Source: Callorhinchus milii (taxonomy: Eukaryota). Taken from it: 64,000 nucleotides of DNA. Every line of letters starts with the position of its first letter. The stretch's first letter is position 1. Positions 51,051 to 62,435 of this stretch are shown here, piece by piece. The notes under the pieces were generated by a model. The model ran no database searches and had not been told where the DNA came from. It saw only the letters and a list, made by a program, of their open reading frames with translations. The stretch spans positions 24,802,001 to 24,866,000 of the forward strand of contig NW_024704742.1 of the NCBI RefSeq assembly GCF_018977255.1. Reading direction: 5' to 3'. The position numbers were made by a program, and so were the translations under genes.

Positions 51051-53780
51051 ATTACTAAGATGATGTGATAAGGCACTGTGTCAAATGCAAAGATTATTAT
51101 GAAGGCTCAGTTTATTGCTGTTGGGTCCAATTTGAATCTCAACATTGCGGTATACAAATTGACTAACTTGTTCACCTACAAGTATATAGTCATTACACTT
51201 TAAAGGAAAGCCTGTGAAGTACTTTGAAAGACACTTTATTGAATACAAGGATTATTTACAAATATTTTCCCTCAGTCATTAATTAGTTTTCAACAAATTC
51301 CCATAAGATGTATCCTAATAAGCCCCTGTATCTGTAACATATTTGCTTGGAAAATATTTGTTGAACAGTGTGTTTCAGTTTGACTAAGAAACTTGTGACC
51401 TTGTGTTCTCTTTGCTAAATAAAAAGATCAATACTGTCTTCATCAAATGAAAGGGTTTTGAGTAAAAATGGACAAGTTAAACTTTTGTTCGCCTACAGAC
51501 TATATAGTCACTATACCTTATAATAAATCCTGTGAAGCACTTTGAAAGGAATTGTATTAAATGCACTGTATTAAATTATTATTTTGTTAAATATTGACAA
51601 ATGGAACATTACAGAATCCATAAAAAATCAAATATATCTTTAATTAGTAATTATATAATACAAGTATTGGGGAAATGTATCTAGAGTCAACCGAAAATTG
51701 TTAATAATTACAAATATAACCTTTAAGTTGGTTTAATAGCAACTTACTAACTAAAATAATAATCCTTGTGTTTGATATAGTGCCTGTAGTGTTGAACCAT
51801 CAAATCTATTTCATAGGATATACTATAAAGTGTAGTGACTGTGTATTTACAGAAACAGCTCATTTTTGCAAATCATTGATAAATAGTCCTGTAGTGCAAC
51901 GAGAGACCTGGGTTTGCTTCTTGGCAGGGCAAAACTTGGGAAAGTTTCCTTACTCCACACGCCTGATAATATTCCCTCAAGAAAAAACCCTAATAATAAT
52001 TTGGTCACTCAATCCACGACTATTTGTGGGACTCTGCTGTGCGCAATTGGCAGTTGCGTTTTGCCCACAAAATATACGGTCAATTCACTTTACAGTATCT
52101 TCTGTGAAGTGCTTTGAGACGTTCAGAAGACGTGAAAAGTGTTATATCAAATGTAAGGATTGTTATTAATAAATAGCCATGAATGACCGATTATATCTGG
52201 AGGATTGTTCATTAGTACTGGAAGAAACTCATCTGCCTGTTCAGGTGAATGTTAAATATCCCTATGGCACTATTCAAAATGAGAAGTGAGTTTCTCCCAG
52301 TATCCATTTTTTTTGGTCAGCTGAGTGTTTGACACATGAGGAAACCCATCCACATGTTTAAGAGTATCCAAACCAAGCTGAGAATTCCATGCATCCCACC
52401 TACACATGGAAATCCCAGAGATAGATTGTTGGAATGGAATGCACACTCTCCCTCTAGAGGGACACATCCTGCTTATCTAATTCCGAAGAGTATGAGGTGC
52501 AGGTTGGCGAGAGCCAAGGCTTGGGGACCCCGGAGTGCGTGTTGGGGTCCTGCTGGAGTCTAACCAGCTAAAACTGCACAGCTTGCAATTGATATTGCTA
52601 TCCGGCAAGCTTTCCCACTGCTTGTCCAGCTAGGACCACCCTACATGTTAGAAAGGACAATAATCCCCTGGATAAAATTGATCATTCACTTCATGCCAAT
52701 TTGTAGGACATTGTTCTTAGTGCATAATTAATTTAATGCTTGAGGGTAGGTAGATGTTGAAGCGGGTAAAAGTTTTGGATAAACACTTTCTGATAAGTTT
52801 ACCTCAGTCCTAAAAAAAGTTGAAACTTCATGGTTGCACTTTTACTGAAGAAGAAACCTTGGGTGTATTTTGGTCTTTTCCATAATTGGAATTCACAATT
52901 CACTGGCTGCAATTTTTGCTGCATATCTTGCAGTTCGATGTTCGTAAACCAGAAGACGCAACTAATGCAAAAATAATAATAATAATTTGGCCACTCAATC
53001 CACGACTGTTTGTGGGACATTGCTGTGCGCAATTGGCTGCCGGTTTTGCCCACAAAATGCACTGTCAATTTACTTTACAGTCTGGACTTGATTCAAAGTT
53101 CCAATGTGGGGTTTAACCCATAAACTTCTGATTCAGAGATAAGAGTGCTACCAACTGAGACTGGATGACACCCAAATTTACTTTGCGGTATGCTCAGAAT
53201 GGAAGACCAACATCTAAATGTTTCAACTGAACCAAATTATTATGCAATGAGCAGAAGTGGAAATATCAATTCTAATCATAGACTAAAGGGAATTGTGCTG
53301 GACTCATTTAATGGCACCATTGGTAAAAGCCACTAATCAGTTTGAAATTGATCAATACTGAAAGGTTCCTGATTCAATTGCATCTATGCTGAATTAGCTG
53401 ATGGCAAACAGACAGGCTCTAGGGGGCTCTATTAGTTGGCCTCAGCAAACAGGAGGAAACAATCAGCCAGTGTTTCCAATCTTCATGGAAAGTCCATGTG
53501 TGTGAATGGCAGACAAGGCAGCATTAGCTCAGCAGTGATACCTCCATAGTCAACTAGCCCTGACGCACATTTTCTAGGTAATTGTATATGAGTCACTAAT
53601 TTTCAGTAATGGACTAAAATGATTCGTTACCCGTTTACTGAAAAGTTAAAAATACTTTTTTTTTACTCTGCTCCCATTGTAAAATAGGAGACAAAACCAA
53701 GCAAGCAACAGGAATTACAACAAGCCTGTTGAGAATTTATAGGCTTACCCCCAGTGGCTGATGCCTGTGCAACTTGTATG

Positions 53781-54113
53781 TGGAGTCCCATAGCATAGTG
53801 GTTAGAGCACTTGCCTTGCAAGTGAGAGGACCCAGGTTGATTCCCGATGCGGTGAAACCTTAGGCAAGTTTCCTTACTCCACACGCCTCGTGTTTACCTA
53901 GCAGTAAGTAGGATCCTGCTTGTTAGTCGATTGACGGATCACTTTCCAGGGATAATAATTCCTAAAAAAAATTTGGCCACTCATTCACAGAATACCGCAC
54001 TTCACCCACAAAATACACAGTCAATCCACTTTACAATATATTCCGTGAAGCCCTTTCAGATGTCTCAATGATGTAATAAGATGCTATATAAAATGTAAGG
54101 ATTATTATTATTA
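53781..54113 (+). mobile_element. tRNA-derived SINE (variant with the gtttacctagcagtaagtagg segment)
   Basis: Family head and tail. Confidence 0.82.
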
Positions 54114-55539
54114 ATTTTACCCCATAAATCGAGGGTTTGAGGAGAAGCTGGGGAGGAAAAAATGACAGGGTAAAAATACCTAAACCAGCTTAGTATGCAG
54201 ACTGTGATCTATTGTTTATTAAAATACTGGTCAAATTAGTTGTGGAATCATAGATAAGGCTCCCACCAACATCTCCTCATTTCCACCTTTGGCCTCCGCC
54301 TCTGACTTCCCTGGCTTTGCTCTGACACTTACTGAACCAATGCACAAGATTGGGGTTCAGTTTGATTCTTGGCTCTCCTCCTATCCTCACAATCATTCCT
54401 GACCAAGACGGCTTTACTTCATCTTCGCCACATTGCTCGCCTTCCTCCCTATCTCACACAAAATGCTGCCAAAATTCTCATTTCACGTCTTTGTTATCTC
54501 CTGACTCTCTACAGTCTTCCTAGTTCCACCATTCACATGTTCCACCTCATTCAAAAACTCGTTTGAGAGGCGAGTGTTGTAACCACTGAGCAACAAGGTC
54601 ACACTAAGCTGCAGGACTCCACGAACGACTGGATATAAAGAAGGAAAAATAACTCAGATTGAACCAAATGCCAAGGCTGGTGATGGTGTGAGCTTCAGAA
54701 AGGTTCTTGGTAGTGTCCCAAGGACAGAGCATCATTTCAGTAAATGAGCTAACAATTAGAGACCTATTCACTGCTGGTTTTATCAATGTACCTCATCAGT
54801 GGTACCTCAATGTATATCAGTGGTACCTCAAAGATCAGAGTTTAAAACTGCAATGTTCACTGTGCTGAGATATATGGTACTTTGATCTATGTTACTATTG
54901 ACTGGCCCTGTTTCATAACCTTAAAACAATGATACAAAGGCACATTTCCTCCTTGATATTGTACAATATTTTCTAATCATTTTTGTGATGTTAAAAAGAG
55001 TACAATCCTTTTGTTTAATGATAAGAAATATGCATGATACTTCAATCATAATGATAAAACATCTGAAGGACGTCTCAAAATGCTTCACAGGATGTGGTAA
55101 ATGTATTTTGTACATATTTTGTAGACAGGGACTAACATGTCAAACAGTGATTCCTAGGATGCACCTCCATTGACCAATTGACCTTTATTGATCAGCTAAC
55201 TAAATGTTGCTGTTGCAAGTAGAACAAGGATCTGCGATAGCAAAGTTAACCTTTAAAGAGATAAATTCAACCACCTTTGTAAAAAAAGAGGACATTGTAC
55301 TGCTGTCCAAGTAAACATAGTGATTTTAGTTTGGTTTATTATTCTTGCTCAATATGGCCCTGGGGACATGATGAGACATATTTACTGATGTGGTGGTTTA
55401 TTGATTAGTTTCTGTTGAAGTACTGCCTTGTGAAATAGAAATGTTTGGAAATGTCACTGTCAAATATTGATAGTCCTGTTGGTTTCATCAATGTATTCCA
55501 TGTATTATATGGCAATGTTAGTTTTACATTTAATCTAAT

Positions 55540-56128
55540 AACAACAATAGCAATGACAAATTACACTTGTATAATGCCCTTCACTTTGGAAAAACATCTC
55601 AGGGTGCTAGACAGTAAGAGTTTTTTGAATCCAAGCTAAGAGTTGGGATCAGAAGGGGTGGAGGGCAATGGGTGTGTGGTTGGAAAGGTGGCCAAAGGCA
55701 TGGTCAAAAAGGAAGGTCTTTAGAAGGAGGAAAGAGAAGGGGTGAGGTGGAGGAATTGTGGGATAGAGTTCCTGAGTGTGGGGGTAGAGCTGCTGAATGC
55801 CCAACCACCAATGGTGGGCGGTAAGTGCGGGGGACCTGAAGCAGGCCAGTGTCCGGGCGTAGATAGGCTGATTTGGGATTAGGAGGTCGGAGAAGTAGGG
55901 GGAGCAAGACCATGGAGAGCTTTGAAGGTGGTAATGAGTGTTTTGTACATGATTCTATGAGGGATGGGGAGCCAGTGAAGACAGGCAAGAATGGTTGTGA
56001 TTGGTTCACGGAGTCGACTGTGGGAGAGAACACAAGTTGCAGAGTTTTGAGTAATCTGCAGCTTGTGGAGGGAAGAGTTGGGAAGTCCGGTGAGCAGGCA
56101 GTTGGCGTAGTCATGCCAGGACTTGATG
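55540..56128 (-). mobile_element. Older L2 LINE 3' fragment
   Basis: DYANCLLTGLPNSSLHKLQITQNSA...LHWLPI. Confidence 0.8.
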
Positions 56129-56378
56129 AAAGATTGACTGTATATTTTATGGGCAAAACACATCAGACAGTTAGCGCACAGCAATGTCCCACAAACAGCC
56201 ATAGAGTGAGTCACCAATTTTATTTGGGAGAGTGTTGTTGGCTGTAAGAGGTTTAGTGGGGGACGACACAGTCACCAGTGCAGCAGAAGGTCACACAGAC
56301 CAGGTTTCAGATTTGATTCCCGAGTCTGTGTGGAGCACTATAATTGGCTGTAGTTTCTCTATAATAATAATACTAATG

Positions 56379-56446
56379 ATGTGCACTGCTCAGTCACTGC
56401 ACTTTACTGCATATCCTGTAAAGTGCAGTGACTGAGCAGTGCACAT
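56379..56446. repeat. Perfect 29-bp inverted repeat with a 10-nt loop
   Basis: atgtgcactgctcagtcactgcactttac-tgcatatcct-gtaaagtgcagtgactgagcagtgcacat. Confidence 0.95.
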
Positions 56447-57236
56447 TAAAGTGCAGTACCTCTTGGCTAGGATGGGGAAAATGATCCAGGGTTCCTAATC
56501 CTGATCACTATCTGTTGAGTCCTCCTGGAAAGTACTTGTATGTGAACATAGGAAAACAAGGTCAGGCTCAGCTGCAAGTCAATTACAATAGTTATCCCAC
56601 AATGCCTACACGCACACGTGGAGCTGGTAACGTGCATGGAATGCCCCACCTTCAGAACCTAAAATTGGTAACACTATATTGTGGAAACTAATAGTCATTG
56701 TACAAATACACAACAAAACATAATTAGTCCCCAATTAAATTACAACAACTTGCATTAATTTAACTTTTCATGCAGGATGGAGTCTTGGAGCACTGTACAG
56801 TAGAGGGTTTGGAGGCTGAGAAAGCAAGAAGGGGGAGATGATCAGAGGCACAGTCTATGATGTATAAGACACTTTACTGCCTTATACTAGTTGTGCCACT
56901 TTTGACGATCTGTGCTTTAAACCTCAAAGTAATTTGTCTTCTTGGAATACCAATAAAAAAGGTTTAACAAAATTGTTTTTCTGTTGTATTAAAAGATCCA
57001 ATGCAAGGATCATCTATTGGCAGGCCCAAAGTCTCCGGGACCATTTGAATGCAAAGCCCATGAAGTCCATAAAGATATTTTATTGTACTATAAAACCATA
57101 GAACATTTCAGCAGAAAAGGCCTTTCGTCCATCATGTCTTTACTTGCTCTTTGAAAGAGCAATCTGTTCAGTCCCATTTATCCACCTTCTCCCCATTACT
57201 CCTGCAAATTACCCTTTTCGGCTTAACTTCAAGCCT

Positions 57237-57328
57237 AATCCTATATCTAATTTTATGCCCAATCCTATTTATGTTATCCTATGACTAATTCTATGACTAA
57301 TCCTATACATAATCCTATGTCTCATCCT
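57237..57328. repeat. Degenerate 12-bp tandem repeat
   Basis: About 7-8 copies of taatcctatNNN. Confidence 0.7.
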
Positions 57329-57779
57329 GGTTACTATTTGCACACAGCAATGTCCTAAAACCATTTTGAAGTGAATGACCAATTTTATTTCGGAGGGAGA
57401 TATTTGCTAATGACACTGGAAGAAACTTCTCTTTGTTCAGGATACTCTCCCAATTATATGTCTACCTCTTCAAGTTACATTAAGCCTATCAGGATAGTTA
57501 AATACCAACAGAGCCCTGGAGAACTGCCAGGCTCAGGGTGCTGGATTGTTGAATCCACCACAAAGAGCCTCAACACAATTTCTCTTCACCAAGTGTTTCA
57601 ATATGGAATTTCCCCAAGGAGAAAAGTCACATCTTGGTTATCAGGCAGCTGACAAGTGCGAGACTCATTTCTCTAGACAGACAGGTATTACCAGGAACTT
57701 TCCCCAGGCGGTAAGTTCAGTGCGACTCCTTGAGTTCTTTATGAATATTATTAAAAATTAATATTAGTATAGCTCTAAA

Positions 57780-58100
57780 CTCCGAACTTCTGTCACACTA
57801 GTCCTCACCAGGCTTCACTTGCTCCCTATCAGAAAATGGATTGACTTCAAGATCCTTGCACTTGTCTACAAATCCCTTCACACCCTGGCACCTCCCTATG
57901 CCTCTGACCTATTTTCTTCCCACATCATCACTCGCCACCTCCGCTTTGCTGACTCTAGCCTCCTGCTTGTCCTTTGTTCCCTCTGTTCCACCATCAGTAG
58001 CCGTGCTTTCTGCTACTACACCCCAAAACTTTCCCTCAATCCCTCTGCCTTACCCCTCCTTCCCCACTTTCAAAACACGCTTAAGACCTTCCCCTTCAAC
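57780..58100 (+). mobile_element. Old L2 fragment
   Basis: LPIRKWIDFKILALVYKSLHTLAPPY. Confidence 0.7.
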
Positions 58101-58509
58101 TGAATGTACTATAGGAAGAATAGCTGTGGGTCGAAATTGATGTCTAGGGTGTGCACCAGTTTATTGAGTCTAAGGGATATGCTGGGAAGGTTGAGGAGGT
58201 CAGAGCTGCACGACAGAAGACGAACTAGACAGACTTCAGAAGGGAACTAGATAGATATCTAAAAAGGAGTAAACTACAAGGGTATGGGGAAAATACAGGG
58301 ATTGAAAAGATTGCTCTTTTAAAAAGAACCCGCATAGACACAACTGGCCGAATGGCCTTCTTCTGTGTTGACCTGTAAGTATTTATCACTTTATGATTTT
58401 GTACTATTTCCTCAATCAGCAACTAATCTTTCTTGTTGCATCTGTACTAAAATGGCCAGGGTTACAATAGGAGTTTGCCAGTCACCAACCTGAAAAAAAT
58501 CCTCCTGTT

Positions 58510-58598
58510 TCAAATATTAACCAGATTCTAAACACTGATCAGTCATTTGATCCAACCTCCTCTGGCCCCAGTACTGATGCTGAACCAAAGATATAAAA
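58510..58598 (+). promoter_or_regulatory. FGB proximal promoter: HNF1 site (58510-58521) and TATA box (58592-58598)
   Basis: TCAAATATTAAC matches the mammalian FGB HNF1 element as I recall it; TATAAAA lies about 90 nt upstream of the ATG. Confidence 0.75.
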
Positions 58599-58683
58599 GG
58601 AACTGCAAAGGCCAGAGGGAGAGTTTGTGAGAAGGGACAAGTAAGTAGAGGTAGTAGATCAATAGAGCTACCACTTCAGCAAC

Positions 58684-58800
58684 ATGAAAGTATTCTTCCT
58701 ACTTCTGTGCATCACAGCAGCTCAAATGTCTGATGTTAGTTCGGTGGACCTTGACAGTCTAACTGATTATGACGAAGATTTAGAATATCATGGTGGGATG
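58684..58800 (+). CDS. FGB: Fibrinogen beta chain, exon 1
   Basis: MKVFFLLLCITAAQMSDVSSVDLDSLTDYDEDLEYHGGM|gtgagt; signal peptide plus acidic fibrinopeptide B. Confidence 0.9.
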
Positions 58801-59221
58801 GTGAGTGGCATGACTGTGCATGTTTTCTTGTGGCGGATACATTGTATATGAGAAGGCTTACGGTCCAGTGTTTCTTTTCCTTTGAAGTCCAAAAGTTTAT
58901 ATCTTCTGACTAATTTTCTTTCTTTTCTACATGGGAATCTCAATACTCAAGGAAATCACTTTGCATGTGTCAAGCTCTCATTTGAAGTTATTTTCTAATA
59001 ATGCTTCCATTGAACCTCTGAAACAGATAATGCAATAATCTCAATCTTAAGAACTTCAGGAATTTTCGGTCCCTGATTTCAAACTACATACATATATTTT
59101 GATATCTACAAAGGTTTTGTTTAAACATTACTCTATTAATAAGGGTATAAATTGCACCCAGAAAATAGTTATTTTCTTCAGCTTCCTCTTACAGCCATGA
59201 ATCTTCTAATATTCTCCTAAG

Positions 59222-59507
59222 GGAGTCCTGTAACTCAGTGGTAAGAGCATTCACCTAACAAGCGAGAGACTTGGGTTCAATTCCCAGCAGCGTGAAACCT
59301 TGGGCAAGTTTCCTTACTCCACACACCTGATAATATACCCTCAAGAAAAAAACCCATAATAAATTGGTCACTTCAATCCACATCTGTTTGTGGGACACTG
59401 CTGTGCGCAATTGGCCTACAAATATACAGTCAATTCACTTTACAGTATATTCTGTGAAGCGCTTTGGGACGTTTAAAAACGCTATATCAAATGCAAGGAT
59501 TATTATT
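59222..59507 (+). mobile_element. tRNA-derived SINE in FGB intron 1
   Basis: Family head and tail; an inverted partial copy follows at about 59577-59750. Confidence 0.85.
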
Positions 59508-59805
59508 TTTGTTTATTTTATTCACTGCTGAAAGAAATTGTAAATTCTCTTAAATAATAATGAATAATTAATTATTTAATAATAATACTTGCATTTGATA
59601 TAGTGCCTTATTACATTGTTGAGATGTCTCAAAGGACTTCACAGAATATACAGTACAGTGTAGTGGGCGAAATACGGCAGCCAACTGCGTATAGAAGTGA
59701 CCCACAAATAATCGTGGATTGAGTGACCCTCAATTTTTTTTGAGGGATCATTTACAATTTATAGTTGCTGGCTGTACTGAATGTTCTGTTGTTTATCCCA
59801 CACAG

Positions 59806-60030
59806 GAAGGTGAAGTGTACCCAGTAATTGATCCTCGTGGACACAGACCAACGTCTGGTCATGGAGACAGGCCATTGCCAAGTTTGCCAAAGCCAGCGGG
59901 TAGGCCAACATACGATGTTGCAAGAAAAAGAACTTCAAGCCTGCTCCCAGTTCCAGAAAAACAGGCCAAAATATCTGATGAAATTGAGGTGTCTGATCAA
60001 GGAGGATGCATGCATCTCAGCAGTGAACTG
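59806..60030 (+). CDS. FGB: Fibrinogen beta chain, exon 2
   Basis: EGEVYPVIDPR-GHRP (thrombin site, knob B) ... GGCMHLSSEL|gtgaga. Confidence 0.95.
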
Positions 60031-60783
60031 GTGAGAACAATCTGCAACAATGTGGAATGGGAAATAGTAACTTTCTAACATGGGAGTAATGAGGGAGTGA
60101 TGTGATAATTCAGTAGAAACACAACCAAACTTCTGTGAGAATGGTCTTGGGTGTGAGGGGAAGTGTTAGTTAAGAAAGCCAGGTCTGATATAAGTGTATA
60201 TTGTCCCAAGAAGTTGTCCTATGTAAAGAGCGCTACATAAATGCAAGTCGTGTTTAGATGGAGATAGCTATAAACAAGTTTACTGAGCATAAGTTTAAAG
60301 ATTGTCAGCACAGATGTACATGTGCCCATTTTCAGTATTGTGCTGCACTGGTAAAAGACAAACACAACTGTAGCATTGCTGTTACATGCTCTATGCTGTG
60401 TTGATACAATGTCACTGTGCACAGACATGTGCAAATTGTACAATGCAGAATAACAAAGCACCTACAACTAGGGGTTTCCTCTGCTCAAGCATCTGCAACC
60501 CCACCCCACTGAGAGACAGAGAACGAAGAGACTTGGAGAGAGATAGAAGGGCTGGCACAATCTAGTACAACAGTGACAGTATAATTCATAATGGAACAAT
60601 GTTTTATTTAGCTCTGTAGCCAATTTATATTTTGCATGATGTGCAACTACCTGCATTGTTTGTTGATCTGCAATGGAGCCAGTCAATCGCCTCTACTATA
60701 TTATTCTGAATGAAAATACATTTTCGCAAATGTTACTCACTTATCAAATTGATTTGTTTTTATTCATCAACCTTCTGTTCAAG

Positions 60784-60967
60784 TGTGTAATGTGCCCTAC
60801 TGGTTGTGTATTGAGAACTGACCTCCTGAAGCAGGAACGCGATATTAAACCAGTCATTACAAGTTTGCAAAGCAATGTTTCAAGTCTTAGTCGCTCGAGT
60901 CACTCGATTCAGTATTATGTGGAAAAGATGGACAAGGAGCTGGAACGGAGACGTTCACAATACACAG
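60784..60967 (+). CDS. FGB: Fibrinogen beta chain, exon 3
   Basis: CVMCPTGCVLRTDLLKQERDIKPVI...; 184 nt, phase 0/1. Confidence 0.93.
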
Positions 60968-61233
60968 GTACAGCATTCTTGTTTCTTTGTAAGTACATAA
61001 TTTGCCCAGTTTATAATACTTATTCCTTAGAGCATCAGGGGAAGAATCTCCCATTCCGTTATGTTTGTATTTGGGGTGATCATTTTCAAATGCAATCTAA
61101 AAAAGATCAGATGCTTTATGTTTTCAAATGGACAGTGTCACATGTCAGAATTATTGGGCACATTACTCTGAAATCAATTGCTCCAGGCGAAAAACATGTC
61201 ATCTCTTGTGAATATGCAACATCTCCTTCACAG

Positions 61234-61461
61234 GTAACAATTATGTAGTGGAATCATATAGTACAGAGTTGGAGGAGCGTTTTATCCTGATAAAGGACAC
61301 CATGGACAGGAGTCTTCCCTCCACCATCCGTATGATGCGCTCCATTGTGGACAGCTTCAAAGAAAAGCTGCTGAAGCTTGAACGAGCATTGGAGACTCAG
61401 AAAGGTTACTGCAAAGATCCATGCGTAGTTTCCTGTAACATACCAGCAATATCAGGAAAAG
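61234..61461 (+). CDS. FGB: Fibrinogen beta chain, exon 4
   Basis: NNYVVESYSTELEER...YCKDPCVVSCNIPAISGK; 228 nt. Confidence 0.95.
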
Positions 61462-61577
61462 GTAAACTAGCCAGACAATTTTTTTAACATTAAGTATCTG
61501 TTTTTAAAAAAAATTTCAGTAAAATGAGCAATGTTCCCAATTCAAGATTCAAACACTCACTGTTGGATCTTTCCTAG

Positions 61578-61688
61578 ACTGTGATGAAATTCGCAGTAAG
61601 GGCGGTGACACATCCCAACTCTACTTAATCCAGCCAGATTCCTCCCAACCCTACAAAGTGTTCTGTGACATGACAACAGACATGGGAG
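61578..61688 (+). CDS. FGB: Fibrinogen beta chain, exon 5 (start of the C-terminal globular domain)
   Basis: [37 protein letters not shown]. Confidence 0.95.
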
Positions 61689-61789
61689 GTAGGAATTTTT
61701 ACTCTTCCGTGCAGTGCAACATGTGGCTTTGTTCATGCACAGAAGCTTTGTATCGTTTTAACATTCTTGAAACAATTCACGTTTTCCAG

Positions 61790-61912
61790 GATGGACACTA
61801 ATTCAAAATCGAAAGGATGGCAGTGTGGACTTTGGGCGGACCTGGGACGACTACAAAAAAGGATTTGGAAACATTGCATTCGATGTGGGAAAAGGTTATT
61901 GCGATACCCCAG
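61790..61912 (+). CDS. FGB: Fibrinogen beta chain, exon 6; later exons not seen in the window
   Basis: [41 protein letters not shown]|gtgag. Confidence 0.95.
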
Positions 61913-62069
61913 GTGAGAATTCAGGAGCTCTCCAGAAAACCTGGTTTTAGTTCCAGTCAAAAGTGTACAGCAGTGCAGTGGACAATTGACTACAAGGGGT
62001 TTTAAAAAGAGATAGCCCCACAACAAGAAAGATTTATGTTTAAATTGTACCTTTTGTGTTGGAAGAATG

Positions 62070-62435
62070 TCACAAAATTGACTGGATGCCCAAGGTGTCC
62101 AGAGGGAGGAGAGCTGAGGACAATGGTGGTGGGGGCTGGGGTGGGGGGAGATCGGGGGAGAGGGAAAGGAAAAGGTGACCCAAAGTGCTGTTGAAATGAT
62201 AGATATTAAGGCGGACCTTGAAGGTGGGTGGGAAGCGACAAGGTGAAGGGGTTCCACAGGTCAATGGTGGGTCGGATTGAGGTGAGTGACATTCACTGAG
62301 TGGGGTGAGCGATTGGGGCAGAAATTTTGCAGGTGGACACTGAGGTAGGGAAGGTTGTGGCCCATGGGGGGATTTGAATGCGAGGATGAGGATCTTGAGT
62401 TTGATCCACTGGGAGATGGGGAGATAGTGGAGTTG
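62070..62435 (-). mobile_element. Old L2 3' fragment in FGB intron 6
   Basis: QLHYLPISQWIKLKILILAFKS plus the tail. Confidence 0.7.
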
